The notes under the pieces were generated by a model, which saw nothing but the letters and a program-made list of their open reading frames with translations, was not told the DNA's origin and did not search any database. The translations under genes were made by a program, and so were the position numbers. Below are positions 19,062 through 30,184 of a stretch of DNA of 64,000 bases, piece by piece. The DNA comes from Candidatus Eiseniibacteriota bacterium (GTDB taxonomy: Bacteria; Eisenbacteria; RBG-16-71-46): contig JANMQY010000042.1 in assembly GCA_031370785.1 (NCBI GenBank), positions 1 through 64,000 of the forward strand, in the 5' to 3' direction. How positions within the stretch are numbered: the first letter of the stretch is position 1; the number at the start of each line of letters is the position of its first letter.

Positions 19062-19226
19062 GCTCCTTCTTCCATCCCGACTGTCACGGTCGGCCCCGGA
19101 ATCTCACCGGATCTGCGGACGGCGCCCGGCTGATTCGTTGCGCCATCTCGTCGATGACTGGCGCCGGGCACTGCCGCTCGCGGGCTATACCGCCGGTGGG
19201 GACTTCTCACCCCGCCCCGAAGGAGC
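19062..19226 (-). promoter_or_regulatory. FMN riboswitch (RFN element)
   Basis: CTTCGGGGCGGGGTGAGAAGTCCCCACCGGCGGT...CCCGCGA...AGATCCGGTGAGATTCCGGGGCCGAC...AGTCGGGATGGAAGAAG; P1 GCTCCTTC/GAAGGAGC; upstream of ribD. Confidence 0.95.
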
Positions 19227-19238
19227 AACAGGCCGGCG

Positions 19239-19268
19239 AGGATACTCGTGGGCCGCGGACACTGTCAA
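19239..19268 (-). promoter_or_regulatory. Sigma70-type promoter for the rib leader
   Basis: TTGACA-18bp-TATCCT just 5' of the riboswitch. Confidence 0.7.
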
Positions 19269-19326
19269 AACGCCGACGATGAGGGGACTCGAGGCCGGCC
19301 CGGGCGGGAAAAACCTGCACCTTGGT

Positions 19327-19911
19327 TCAGTAGTGAAACGTCAGCCGGGCCGAGAGCAGCGTCCAGGGATCCTTCTTGAGGAATGCGGCATGTCCGGCCA
19401 CCTCGAACCCGATCGCGACCGGACGGACCCTGGCCGAGATCAGCGTCGCTTCGAGCGCAACGCCGGGCGCGATCTCTCCCACCGCCAGACTGTCGAACGC
19501 GAAGCCGCCGGCGCTGCTCGAGATCTCGGCGCGCGCGCTCATCACCGCCGGACCGAACGAGAGGCGGTGGATCGGGCCCAGCCGGTCGGTCCGCCAGTGT
19601 GCGAGCAGCGCGGTTTCGAACACGCTGTAGTCCACGTTCGCATACAGGCTGCCGCTGTGGCTGGTGATCCCGCCGAGCAGATGCTCGTTCACTTCGAGCC
19701 CGAATCGCCAGTTGGGCGAGAGCGGATAGTCGATCCCCACCCCGAGCGAGATCGAGCCGGCGGGATTCTCATGGATGAACAGCTTGGAGAAACCCGCCGA
19801 GAGGTGGCCACGCAATGCTTCGAGCGTGGGACCGGCGTCGGACGGCGCGGCCGAGGTGACGAGCGCGAGGAGGGTCACCAGGGCGATCAGGCTGCTTCGA
19901 AGGCGCTGCAT
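19327..19911 (-). CDS. Exported protein, probable small outer-membrane beta-barrel
   Basis: Signal peptide, alternating beta-strand pattern (LGVGIDYPL..WRFGLEVN), C-terminal ARLTFHY; GGAG RBS. Confidence 0.6.
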   Translation of the reverse strand: MQRLRSSLIALVTLLALVTSAAPSDAGPTLEALRGHLSAGFSKLFIHENPAGSISLGVGIDYPLSPNWRFGLEVNEHLLGGITSHSGSLYANVDYSVFETALLAHWRTDRLGPIHRLSFGPAVMSARAEISSSAGGFAFDSLAVGEIAPGVALEATLISARVRPVAIGFEVAGHAAFLKKDPWTLLSARLTFHY

Positions 19912-19925
19912 GGATTCTCCCGCGC

Positions 19926-20981
19926 TCATTTGTTGAAGCGGATCTCGAGACACTCGCCGTCGGCGACCACGTATTCGCGTCCTTCCAGGCGAAGCGCCCC
20001 CTTCTCGCGGGCCTTCGAATGCCCGCCCAGCTCCAGCAGCTTCTCCCAGCCGATCACCTCGGCACGGATGAATCCCTTCGCGAGATCCGAGTGGATCTCG
20101 GCGGCCGCATCGACCGCGGTCTCGCCCTGGCGGATGGTCCAGGCGCGCACCTCGTCGGGGCCGACCGTGAAGAACGAGATCAGCCCGAGCAGCCGATAGC
20201 AGGCCCGGATCAGCATCGAGAGCCCGTCCTCGGCCATCCCGAGCTCGGCGCGGAACGCGGCGCGCTCGCCCTCCGGCAGCGCGACGATCTCGCGCTCGAG
20301 ATGCGCGCGCAGCGCCACGGTCGGCAACGCCCCCGCGGCCGCGGGTCCGGTCCGCGTGGCGTCGTCGTCCTGGTTGTACACCGCGAGCAGAGGCTTGAGC
20401 GTCAGAAACTGAAAGCCGCGCAGCAGGCGCTGCTCTTCGGCGTCGAACTTCTGTCCGCCGAGCAGGGTTTCGGATTCGAGCAGGCTCTTCAACCGGGTGA
20501 GCAGCGTGTGCTCGCGCTCGTTCTGCTTCTTGCCGATTCTCAGCTCCTTCGCGACCTTCTCGAGCCGATTCTCGACGATCGCCAGGTCGCTCAGGATCAG
20601 CTCGGCCTCGAGGGTCTTGAGATCGCGGGCCGGGTCCACTCCGCCCGGCGCCGGAATTGCGGCACTTTCGAAGTCACGCACCACCAGCAGTAGCGCATCG
20701 CAATTGCGCACGCCCGAGAACAGGTCGGGGCCTTTGGCCGCGGCCCGCGCGCTGGTGTGTCCGGCCGCCGCGCTGTCCACGAACTGGATCTGGGTGCAGG
20801 TGGTCTTCTTCGGCTGGTAGAGCGCCGAGAGCTGGTCCACGCGCGGGTCGGGTACGCGCACCATCCCGATCTGCTCGCGCGCGGCGGCCGAGGGCGCGCC
20901 GGAACCCGCTCCCTGCATCAGGATCTCGAACACGGTGGTCTTGCCCGACTGCGGCAGACCCAGGATCCCCACGCGTTTCAT
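19926..20981 (-). CDS. ychF: YchF/Obg-family ATPase (divergent)
   Basis: GLPQSGKTT, VPDPRVD, FLTLKP, FFTVGPDEVRAW, IHSDLAKGFIRAEV, RLEGREYVV. Confidence 0.85.
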   Translation of the reverse strand: MKRVGILGLPQSGKTTVFEILMQGAGSGAPSAAAREQIGMVRVPDPRVDQLSALYQPKKTTCTQIQFVDSAAAGHTSARAAAKGPDLFSGVRNCDALLLVVRDFESAAIPAPGGVDPARDLKTLEAELILSDLAIVENRLEKVAKELRIGKKQNEREHTLLTRLKSLLESETLLGGQKFDAEEQRLLRGFQFLTLKPLLAVYNQDDDATRTGPAAAGALPTVALRAHLEREIVALPEGERAAFRAELGMAEDGLSMLIRACYRLLGLISFFTVGPDEVRAWTIRQGETAVDAAAEIHSDLAKGFIRAEVIGWEKLLELGGHSKAREKGALRLEGREYVVADGECLEIRFNK

Positions 20982-21002
20982 CGACTCTTTCGGGCTGGAG
21001 GA

Positions 21003-21037
21003 CAAAGAATCGCCCGCAGGGTGTTCCCGCGGGCGAT
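21003..21037 (-). terminator. Terminator-like hairpin between the zf-HC2 gene and ychF
   Basis: ATCGCCCGCGGG-AACA-CCC(T)GCGGGCGAT followed by TCTTTG. Confidence 0.55.
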
Positions 21038-21047
21038 CGCGACACGC

Positions 21048-21077
21048 AGTCTAGGTTCGCAAGTGGAGCACTGTCAA
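21048..21077 (-). promoter_or_regulatory. Sigma70-type promoter upstream of ychF
   Basis: TTGACA-18bp-TAGACT, with the -35 overlapping the upstream stop codon. Confidence 0.6.
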
Positions 21078-21319
21078 TCGGTGGAGTCGGCCTCGCGATA
21101 CGCGCGGGTCAGCACCACGCGGAGACGCTCGGTGATGTGCACCGGCACTTCGACACGGCGCTCGCTCTGATAGAGCACGATGGTCTTCTTGATGGTGTCG
21201 ACCTCGACCTGACAGTCGTGGCATTGCGCCAGGTGGGCCTCGATGACGCGGCACAGGTCCGCGCGTGCGTCCTCGTCGAGATAATCGGCGATCTGGTCCA
21301 GTACCTCGTTACAATTCAC
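21074..21319 (-). CDS. Small zf-HC2 (ZAS) anti-sigma-factor-like protein
   Basis: MNCNEVLDQIADYLD...HLAQCHDC (Cx-HxxxCxxC); 81 aa, no TM. Confidence 0.85.
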   Translation of the reverse strand: MNCNEVLDQIADYLDEDARADLCRVIEAHLAQCHDCQVEVDTIKKTIVLYQSERRVEVPVHITERLRVVLTRAYREADSTD

Positions 21320-21523
21320 GTCTCGACTCTCCGATGTCTGGCCCTGGTCTCTTGTCTTGCGGCCGGATACGGGTGAGGGCGCTCGAGCGTGCACACCCGG
21401 CGCTCTAGATGCGGCGGCCGGTCGGTAGGTTTGCAAAAATCTGACAGGGGTTCAAAGACTTTCGCGAGAAGCCGCTCAGGCGCCGGCAGAGCCGCATGCG
21501 CCCGCTTCCCCAAGGCGCGAGAT

Positions 21524-21599
21524 TGGTGACCCGTGCTGGGATCGAACCAGCGACACCCTGCTTAAAAGGCAGGTGCTCTACCGACTGAGCTAACGGGTC
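21524..21599 (-). tRNA. tRNA-Lys(UUU), CCA encoded
   Basis: Cloverleaf: acceptor GACCCGT/ACGGGTC, D-arm GCTC/GAGC, anticodon arm CCTGC-CTTTTAA-GCAGG, T-loop TTCGATC, ACCA. Confidence 0.97.
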
Positions 21600-21687
21600 A
21601 CCGTGCACGTGCGTGCATTGGAATCCCCCGCCTCCTGGACCCTGCGCGAGGGGATCACGGCGGAAGAAGACGGGTCGACGCGCCACC

Positions 21688-21716
21688 TTTATAGAGTGTG
21701 AAGTGGGGTGAAGCAA
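21688..21716 (-). promoter_or_regulatory. Sigma70-type promoter for tRNA-Lys
   Basis: TTGCTT-17bp-TATAAA. Confidence 0.55.
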
Positions 21717-21725
21717 CCGCCCGGG

Positions 21726-22160
21726 TCAGCGATCGATGCTCCGCGCGAAATCTCGATACGTTCCGACCGTTCCGCGATGCGCCGCGGCAAAGCTGTCGGC
21801 CTCGGCTCGCTCGAAGAACGCCGCGTAACCGCCCGGCATCGGCGTCTGGAATTCTCCGTGCACCACCCACATCGAATCCGCGCGATGCAGCCGATAGCGC
21901 TCGTGATCGGGCAGGTATGCGCTGCGAGCGGTAACGTCGGGCGCGTCGCGCATCATGCAGCTGATCGCGTCGTACACTTTCCACGCTCCGTCCGAGGCGC
22001 GCTCGCAGGCAAAATGCAGGTCCTCGGCCGGCATGCGGCAGTACGCGCACGGCGTGCCGGTGCGGATGAGCGGCGGCGCGATCTCGCCCGAGCATCCGGC
22101 GAGTGCGAGCACGATCGCGGCGGCGTGGAGAGCGAGCGCGGCCGCGCGGTCGCACGCCAT
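21726..22160 (-). CDS. NosL-family lipoprotein
   Basis: Lipobox LAGC, CAYCRM, YDAISC, TPMPGGYAAF; TGATG overlap with the purA stop. Confidence 0.75.
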   Translation of the reverse strand: MACDRAAALALHAAAIVLALAGCSGEIAPPLIRTGTPCAYCRMPAEDLHFACERASDGAWKVYDAISCMMRDAPDVTARSAYLPDHERYRLHRADSMWVVHGEFQTPMPGGYAAFFERAEADSFAAAHRGTVGTYRDFARSIDR

Positions 22161-23431
22161 CAGGCTCTCGGAACTTCCGCGTCGCGCTCGGCGCCGACCG
22201 ACACCGAGGAGATCCGCACGCCGACCGCGCGCTCGACCCATTCCAGGTACTCGCGGGCGAGCTGAGGGAGATCGCTCCAGCGCCGCGCCGCACTGGTCTC
22301 GGCTTTCCATCCCTTGAACGACCGCCACTCCGGCCGGATATGCGTAAAGCCGGCAGCGGAGTTGGGAAAAGCGTCGATCCGCACGCCGTCGATCTGGTAG
22401 GCCTCGAGCACGCGAATCTCGTCGAAATCGTCGAGTACGTCGAGCTTGGTCACGACCAGATCGTCGAATCCGTTGATGCGCGCCGCGTAGCGCAGCGCCG
22501 GAAGATCCAGCCACCCGCAGCGCCGTGGCCGCCCGGTGGTGGCGCCGTACTCTTCACCCGCCTCGCGCAGTCGCGCCGCCTCGCCCTCCGGCATCTCGCT
22601 CGGGAACGGCCCGTTCCCGACCCGCGTTGCGTAGGCCTTGGTCACGCCGATCACGCGATCCACCGCGCGTGGGCCGAGCCCGACCCCGAGCGGCGCGCCG
22701 GCCGCCGAAGCTGCGGAGGAGGTCACGAACGGATAGGTGCCGTGGTCGAGGTCGAGCAGCGTGCCCTGCGCGCCCTCGAGCAGGATGCGCTTTCCCGCGC
22801 GCCGCGCGCGCTCGAGCTCCGCTCCGACATCGGTGACCAGCGGCGCGAAACCACTGGCCGTCGCGCGCAGCTCTTCGTACAGCGAAGCGCCGCTCATCGC
22901 CGGGATGGACTCCACCTCGGGATACTCGAGGCGCAGCCGGTGCAGGTTGCGCTCGCACGCCGCGATGAATCCCTCGCGATCGGCGAGGTCGCCGACCCTC
23001 AAGCCAGTGCGCGCCGCCTTGTCGCGATAGGCGAAGCCGATTCCGCGGCCGGTGGTTCCGATCGCGCCGGGCCCGCGCTCGGCGGCCTCCTCGACCGCGC
23101 GATGATAGGGAAGGATCAGGTGCGCGGCCGCGCTGATCCCGAGGCGGGGACGAACCTCGATCCCGAGCGCTTCGAGCTTCTGGATCTCCTCGTTGAGGCG
23201 CAGCAGGTCCACCACCACGCCGTTGCCGATCAGGCAGCGCTTTCCAGGATGCATCACGCCCGATGGCACCAGGTGCAGCACGACCGTCTGGTCGCCGCGC
23301 ATCACGCTGTGCCCGGCGTTGGGGCCGCCCTGGTAGCGCGCGACAACGTCGGCATCCGCGCTCAGCGCGTCGACGATCTTGCCCTTGCCTTCATCGCCCC
23401 ACTGGGCGCCAACCACCACCGTACACGGCAT
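22160..23431 (-). CDS. purA: Adenylosuccinate synthetase
   Basis: QWGDEGKGK, GGPNAGH, GTTGRGIG, EGAQG, GTYPFVTSS, TTGRPRRCGW. Confidence 0.98.
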   Translation of the reverse strand: MPCTVVVGAQWGDEGKGKIVDALSADADVVARYQGGPNAGHSVMRGDQTVVLHLVPSGVMHPGKRCLIGNGVVVDLLRLNEEIQKLEALGIEVRPRLGISAAAHLILPYHRAVEEAAERGPGAIGTTGRGIGFAYRDKAARTGLRVGDLADREGFIAACERNLHRLRLEYPEVESIPAMSGASLYEELRATASGFAPLVTDVGAELERARRAGKRILLEGAQGTLLDLDHGTYPFVTSSAASAAGAPLGVGLGPRAVDRVIGVTKAYATRVGNGPFPSEMPEGEAARLREAGEEYGATTGRPRRCGWLDLPALRYAARINGFDDLVVTKLDVLDDFDEIRVLEAYQIDGVRIDAFPNSAAGFTHIRPEWRSFKGWKAETSAARRWSDLPQLAREYLEWVERAVGVRISSVSVGAERDAEVPRA

Positions 23432-23456
23432 GCGACAACCCTCCCAGAAAAACCGG

Positions 23457-23476
23457 GCGGCACGCTAGCAGAGGGT
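23457..23476 (-). promoter_or_regulatory. Extended -10 promoter element for purA
   Basis: ACCCTCTGCTAGCGTGCCGC (TGnTAGCGT); 19/20 identical to 40254-40273. Confidence 0.6.
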
Positions 23477-23538
23477 GATGGGGATTGCCAGCGAAGCTAC
23501 GGCGTGTCGATCGCGACGGCGCCGCGCGCTGCGGCGCG

Positions 23539-24459
23539 TCAGCCCTCAAGCTCGGCGAGAGCCTCGAGCAGTGCGCTCGCCGCTTCGTCGCCCGCGCGGC
23601 GCTGCGCCTCGTGGGTCGACGCCCCGAGATGCGGCAGCGCGATGACGTTGGGCAGGTCGAGCAGCGGGTTTTTTCCCGGCGGCTCGGTCGCGAACACATC
23701 GATGCCCGCGCCGCGCAGCCGGCCGTTGCTCAGAGCATCGTGCAGCGCGACCTCGTCCACCACCCCGCCGCGCGCGACATTGATCAGCAGGGCGTCGGGA
23801 CGCATCGCCTGCAGCTCGCGCTCGCCGATCAGGTTTCGCGTGTCGGGCGAGAGCGGAACATGGAGCGAGACCACGTCCGCCTCGGCGAGCAGCGTCTCGA
23901 GCGCGGCCCTGCGCACCCACTCGAATCCGGAGGGCCACGGCGAGATCAGGGGATCGCAGGCCCACACCCGCATCGAGAACGCGTTCGCGCGGTGCGCGAC
24001 CTCGCGGCCGACGCGTCCGAAACCGATCAGTCCGAGGCAGCGGCCGGCGATCTCGCGCCCGGTGTACCTGGTCTTCTCCCAGTGACCGTGCTTGAGATCG
24101 GTGGAGGCCGGGATCAGATGGCGTTCGAGTGCGAGCAGCAGCGCGAAGGTCAGCTCGGCGACCGAGATCGAGTTCGCCGCCGGAGTGTTGAAGACGGCGA
24201 TGCCATGGCGACGCGCAACCGCCAGATCGACGTTGTCGAGTCCCACCCCCGCGCGCACCACCACCTTGAGCGTCGGCGTGCCGCGCAGCACCTCGCCGGT
24301 CACCCGCGCACCGCCGCGAACCAGCAGCGCGTGACAGCCCTGAAGCGCACGAGTCAGCTCCGCGCCCTGCGCGCCGAGAGCCTCGACCACTTCGTGCCCG
24401 GCATCGCGCACGCGGGCGAGCGCGCCGGCATCGATGCGATCCGCGACCAGCACCTTCAT
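23539..24459 (-). CDS. D-2-hydroxyacid dehydrogenase, short SerA-like (no ACT domain)
   Basis: RAGVGLDNVD, NSISVAE, GFGRVG, INVARG, DVFATEPP, PHLGASTHEAQ. Confidence 0.85.
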   Translation of the reverse strand: MKVLVADRIDAGALARVRDAGHEVVEALGAQGAELTRALQGCHALLVRGGARVTGEVLRGTPTLKVVVRAGVGLDNVDLAVARRHGIAVFNTPAANSISVAELTFALLLALERHLIPASTDLKHGHWEKTRYTGREIAGRCLGLIGFGRVGREVAHRANAFSMRVWACDPLISPWPSGFEWVRRAALETLLAEADVVSLHVPLSPDTRNLIGERELQAMRPDALLINVARGGVVDEVALHDALSNGRLRGAGIDVFATEPPGKNPLLDLPNVIALPHLGASTHEAQRRAGDEAASALLEALAELEG

Positions 24460-25607
24460 GCCGCCTCCCATGCGCGGCTGGCCGCGGCCGCCGCGCTGGA
24501 TGCGCCAGCAGTCGATCCGCCGAGCGCGCTCACGCACTCCTCGAGCGCTCCGAGCAGCAGGTGCACGTCCCCGAGGTCGTAGGCGCCCATGTGGCCGACC
24601 CGGACGATCAGACCCTTGAGCCGATCCTGCCCTCCCGCCACCACCATTCCGTGCACGTGGAGCAGGCGTTTCACCACCGCCGAGGCCTCGACCCCGGTCG
24701 GCGGGACGAGCGCGGTGACCGCGTGCGATGGGCTCGACGAGAAGAGGTGGAAGCGCAGCGCGGTCGCGCCCGCGCGCATCGCATGCGCGAGACGGCGATG
24801 GCGGTGATGCACCTCATCGATTCCCTCCTCGCGCATCATGGCGAGCGCCTCCTCGAGCGCGAGCACCAGGCTGACCGGCGGGGTGAACGCGGTCTCGCCG
24901 AGCGGCAGGCTCTTGAGCGCCCTGCGCAGATCGAAGTAGAACCGCGGCAGGCTCGCGCGCTCGATCAGCGCCAGCGCGGGAGGCATCACGCTCACCGTCG
25001 CGATCCCGGGCGGGACCATCAGTCCTTTCTGCGATCCGCACACGACCACGTCGATACCCCATGCATCCTGCGGCAGCGGATGCACCGCGAGGCTCGTGAC
25101 CGCGTCCACGATCGTGCGCCGCCCGCGCTCGCGGGCGAGCCGGGCGATGGCCTGGACGTCGTGGAGCGCGCCGGTCGAAGTCTCGCTGTGCGTGCAGAAC
25201 ACCGCCGCGATCGAGGCATCGGCGTCGAGCGCCGCCGCGACCGCGGCCGGCTCGACCGCGTGTCCCCACTCGACGTCGACGGTCAGATGCGGCACTCCGT
25301 ACGCCTTGAGAATGCCGGCCCAGCGCTCGCCGAACTTGCCGCCGGTGATCGCAAGCGCGCGCTCGCCCGGCGCGAGGAAGTTGACGACCGCGGCTTCCAT
25401 CGCGCCCGAACCCGAGGCGGGCAACAGCAGGACTTCCCCGCTCGTGCCGTGCAGCTGCTTGAGCGAGGCGAGCACGCGGCGCAGCGTGTCGCGAAACCCG
25501 TCGGTGCGATGATGCGGGGGCACCTGCGCCAGGGCGCGAAGCACCCGGGCAGGTATCTCGACTGGCCCGGGCGTGAACAGACGAACGCGGCGCGGCCCCG
25601 CGGTCAT
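24456..25607 (-). CDS. Class V PLP aminotransferase (serine-pyruvate/alanine-glyoxylate type)
   Basis: LFTPGP, SGSGAMEA, HSETSTG, VDAVTS, GSQKGLMVPPG. Confidence 0.9.
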   Translation of the reverse strand: MTAGPRRVRLFTPGPVEIPARVLRALAQVPPHHRTDGFRDTLRRVLASLKQLHGTSGEVLLLPASGSGAMEAAVVNFLAPGERALAITGGKFGERWAGILKAYGVPHLTVDVEWGHAVEPAAVAAALDADASIAAVFCTHSETSTGALHDVQAIARLARERGRRTIVDAVTSLAVHPLPQDAWGIDVVVCGSQKGLMVPPGIATVSVMPPALALIERASLPRFYFDLRRALKSLPLGETAFTPPVSLVLALEEALAMMREEGIDEVHHRHRRLAHAMRAGATALRFHLFSSSPSHAVTALVPPTGVEASAVVKRLLHVHGMVVAGGQDRLKGLIVRVGHMGAYDLGDVHLLLGALEECVSALGGSTAGASSAAAAASRAWEAA

Positions 25608-25608
25608 C

Positions 25609-28089
<2,481 letters not shown>

Positions 28090-28210
28090 GGGGTTCTCCC
28101 TTATGCAATCGCTCCGGCCGCCGGGCGGCCGGAGCGCATAGGTTCGATTTCGCGGCGAATCGAGGGTGACGCGCAGCCGTCGAAGCCGCTACGCCACATC
28201 GCTCACCGGT

Positions 28211-29470
<1,260 letters not shown>

Positions 29471-29525
29471 GACACTCCCGGATGCAGGGTTCGAGGAAGT
29501 CGCGTCTCGGGGCCTGGTCGCCCGT

Positions 29526-30110
29526 TCAACGGCGCTTCTCGAGAATCTCGTCGATCAGTCCGTAGCTCTTTGCTTCCTGCACGGACATGAAGTTGTTGCG
29601 GTCCGTTTCTTTTTCGATCTGTTCCATGGTGCGGCCGGTGTGCTTGGCGAGGATCGCATTGAGCTGATCCTTCATCTTCATGACTTCCTTGGTGTAGATC
29701 TCGATGTCGGTCACCTGCCCCTGCGTCCCGCCCAGCGGCTGGTGGATCATGATCCGCGAGTTGGGCAGCGCGGTGCGCTTGCCCTTGGCGCCGGCCGCCA
29801 GCAGCACCGCGCCCATGCTCGCCGCCTGGCCCATGCACAGCGTGGCCACGTCGGGCTTCACGAACTGCATCGTGTCGTAGATCGCGAGACCTGCCGAGAC
29901 CATGCCGCCCGGGCTGTGGATATAGAGGTTGATGTCGCGGTCCGGATCCTCGCCCTCGAGGAAGATCATCTGGGCGATGACCAGGTTCGCGATCATGTCG
30001 TCGATCGGCGTGCCAATGAAGATGATGCGGTCCTTGAGGAGGCGCGAGAAGATGTCGTACGCGCGCTCACCCCGTCCGGTCTGCTCCACCACGATGGGAA
30101 CCAGCCCCAT
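29526..30110 (-). CDS. clpP: Clp protease proteolytic subunit
   Basis: [25 protein letters not shown]. Confidence 0.98.
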   Translation of the reverse strand: MGLVPIVVEQTGRGERAYDIFSRLLKDRIIFIGTPIDDMIANLVIAQMIFLEGEDPDRDINLYIHSPGGMVSAGLAIYDTMQFVKPDVATLCMGQAASMGAVLLAAGAKGKRTALPNSRIMIHQPLGGTQGQVTDIEIYTKEVMKMKDQLNAILAKHTGRTMEQIEKETDRNNFMSVQEAKSYGLIDEILEKRR

Positions 30111-30184
30111 GCCCCGTCCTCGTCTTTCCTTTGAGAGTACTCAGTGCTTCTCGTGGATGCGGCTCGTGGCCGTCGAGATTCCTT

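Noticed and set aside
18992..19282. Short ORFs over the rib leader
   Set aside because: The region is explained by the promoter, FMN aptamer and terminator
21425..21460. Possible ECF promoter (TGAACC...) upstream of the zf-HC2 gene
   Set aside because: AT-rich and suggestive, but no convincing -10 element; cannot be supported by eye
21524..21599. tRNA-Lys or tRNA-Leu as an integration site
   Set aside because: No integrase, no duplicated tRNA 3' end noticed, and no compositional shift in flanking genes
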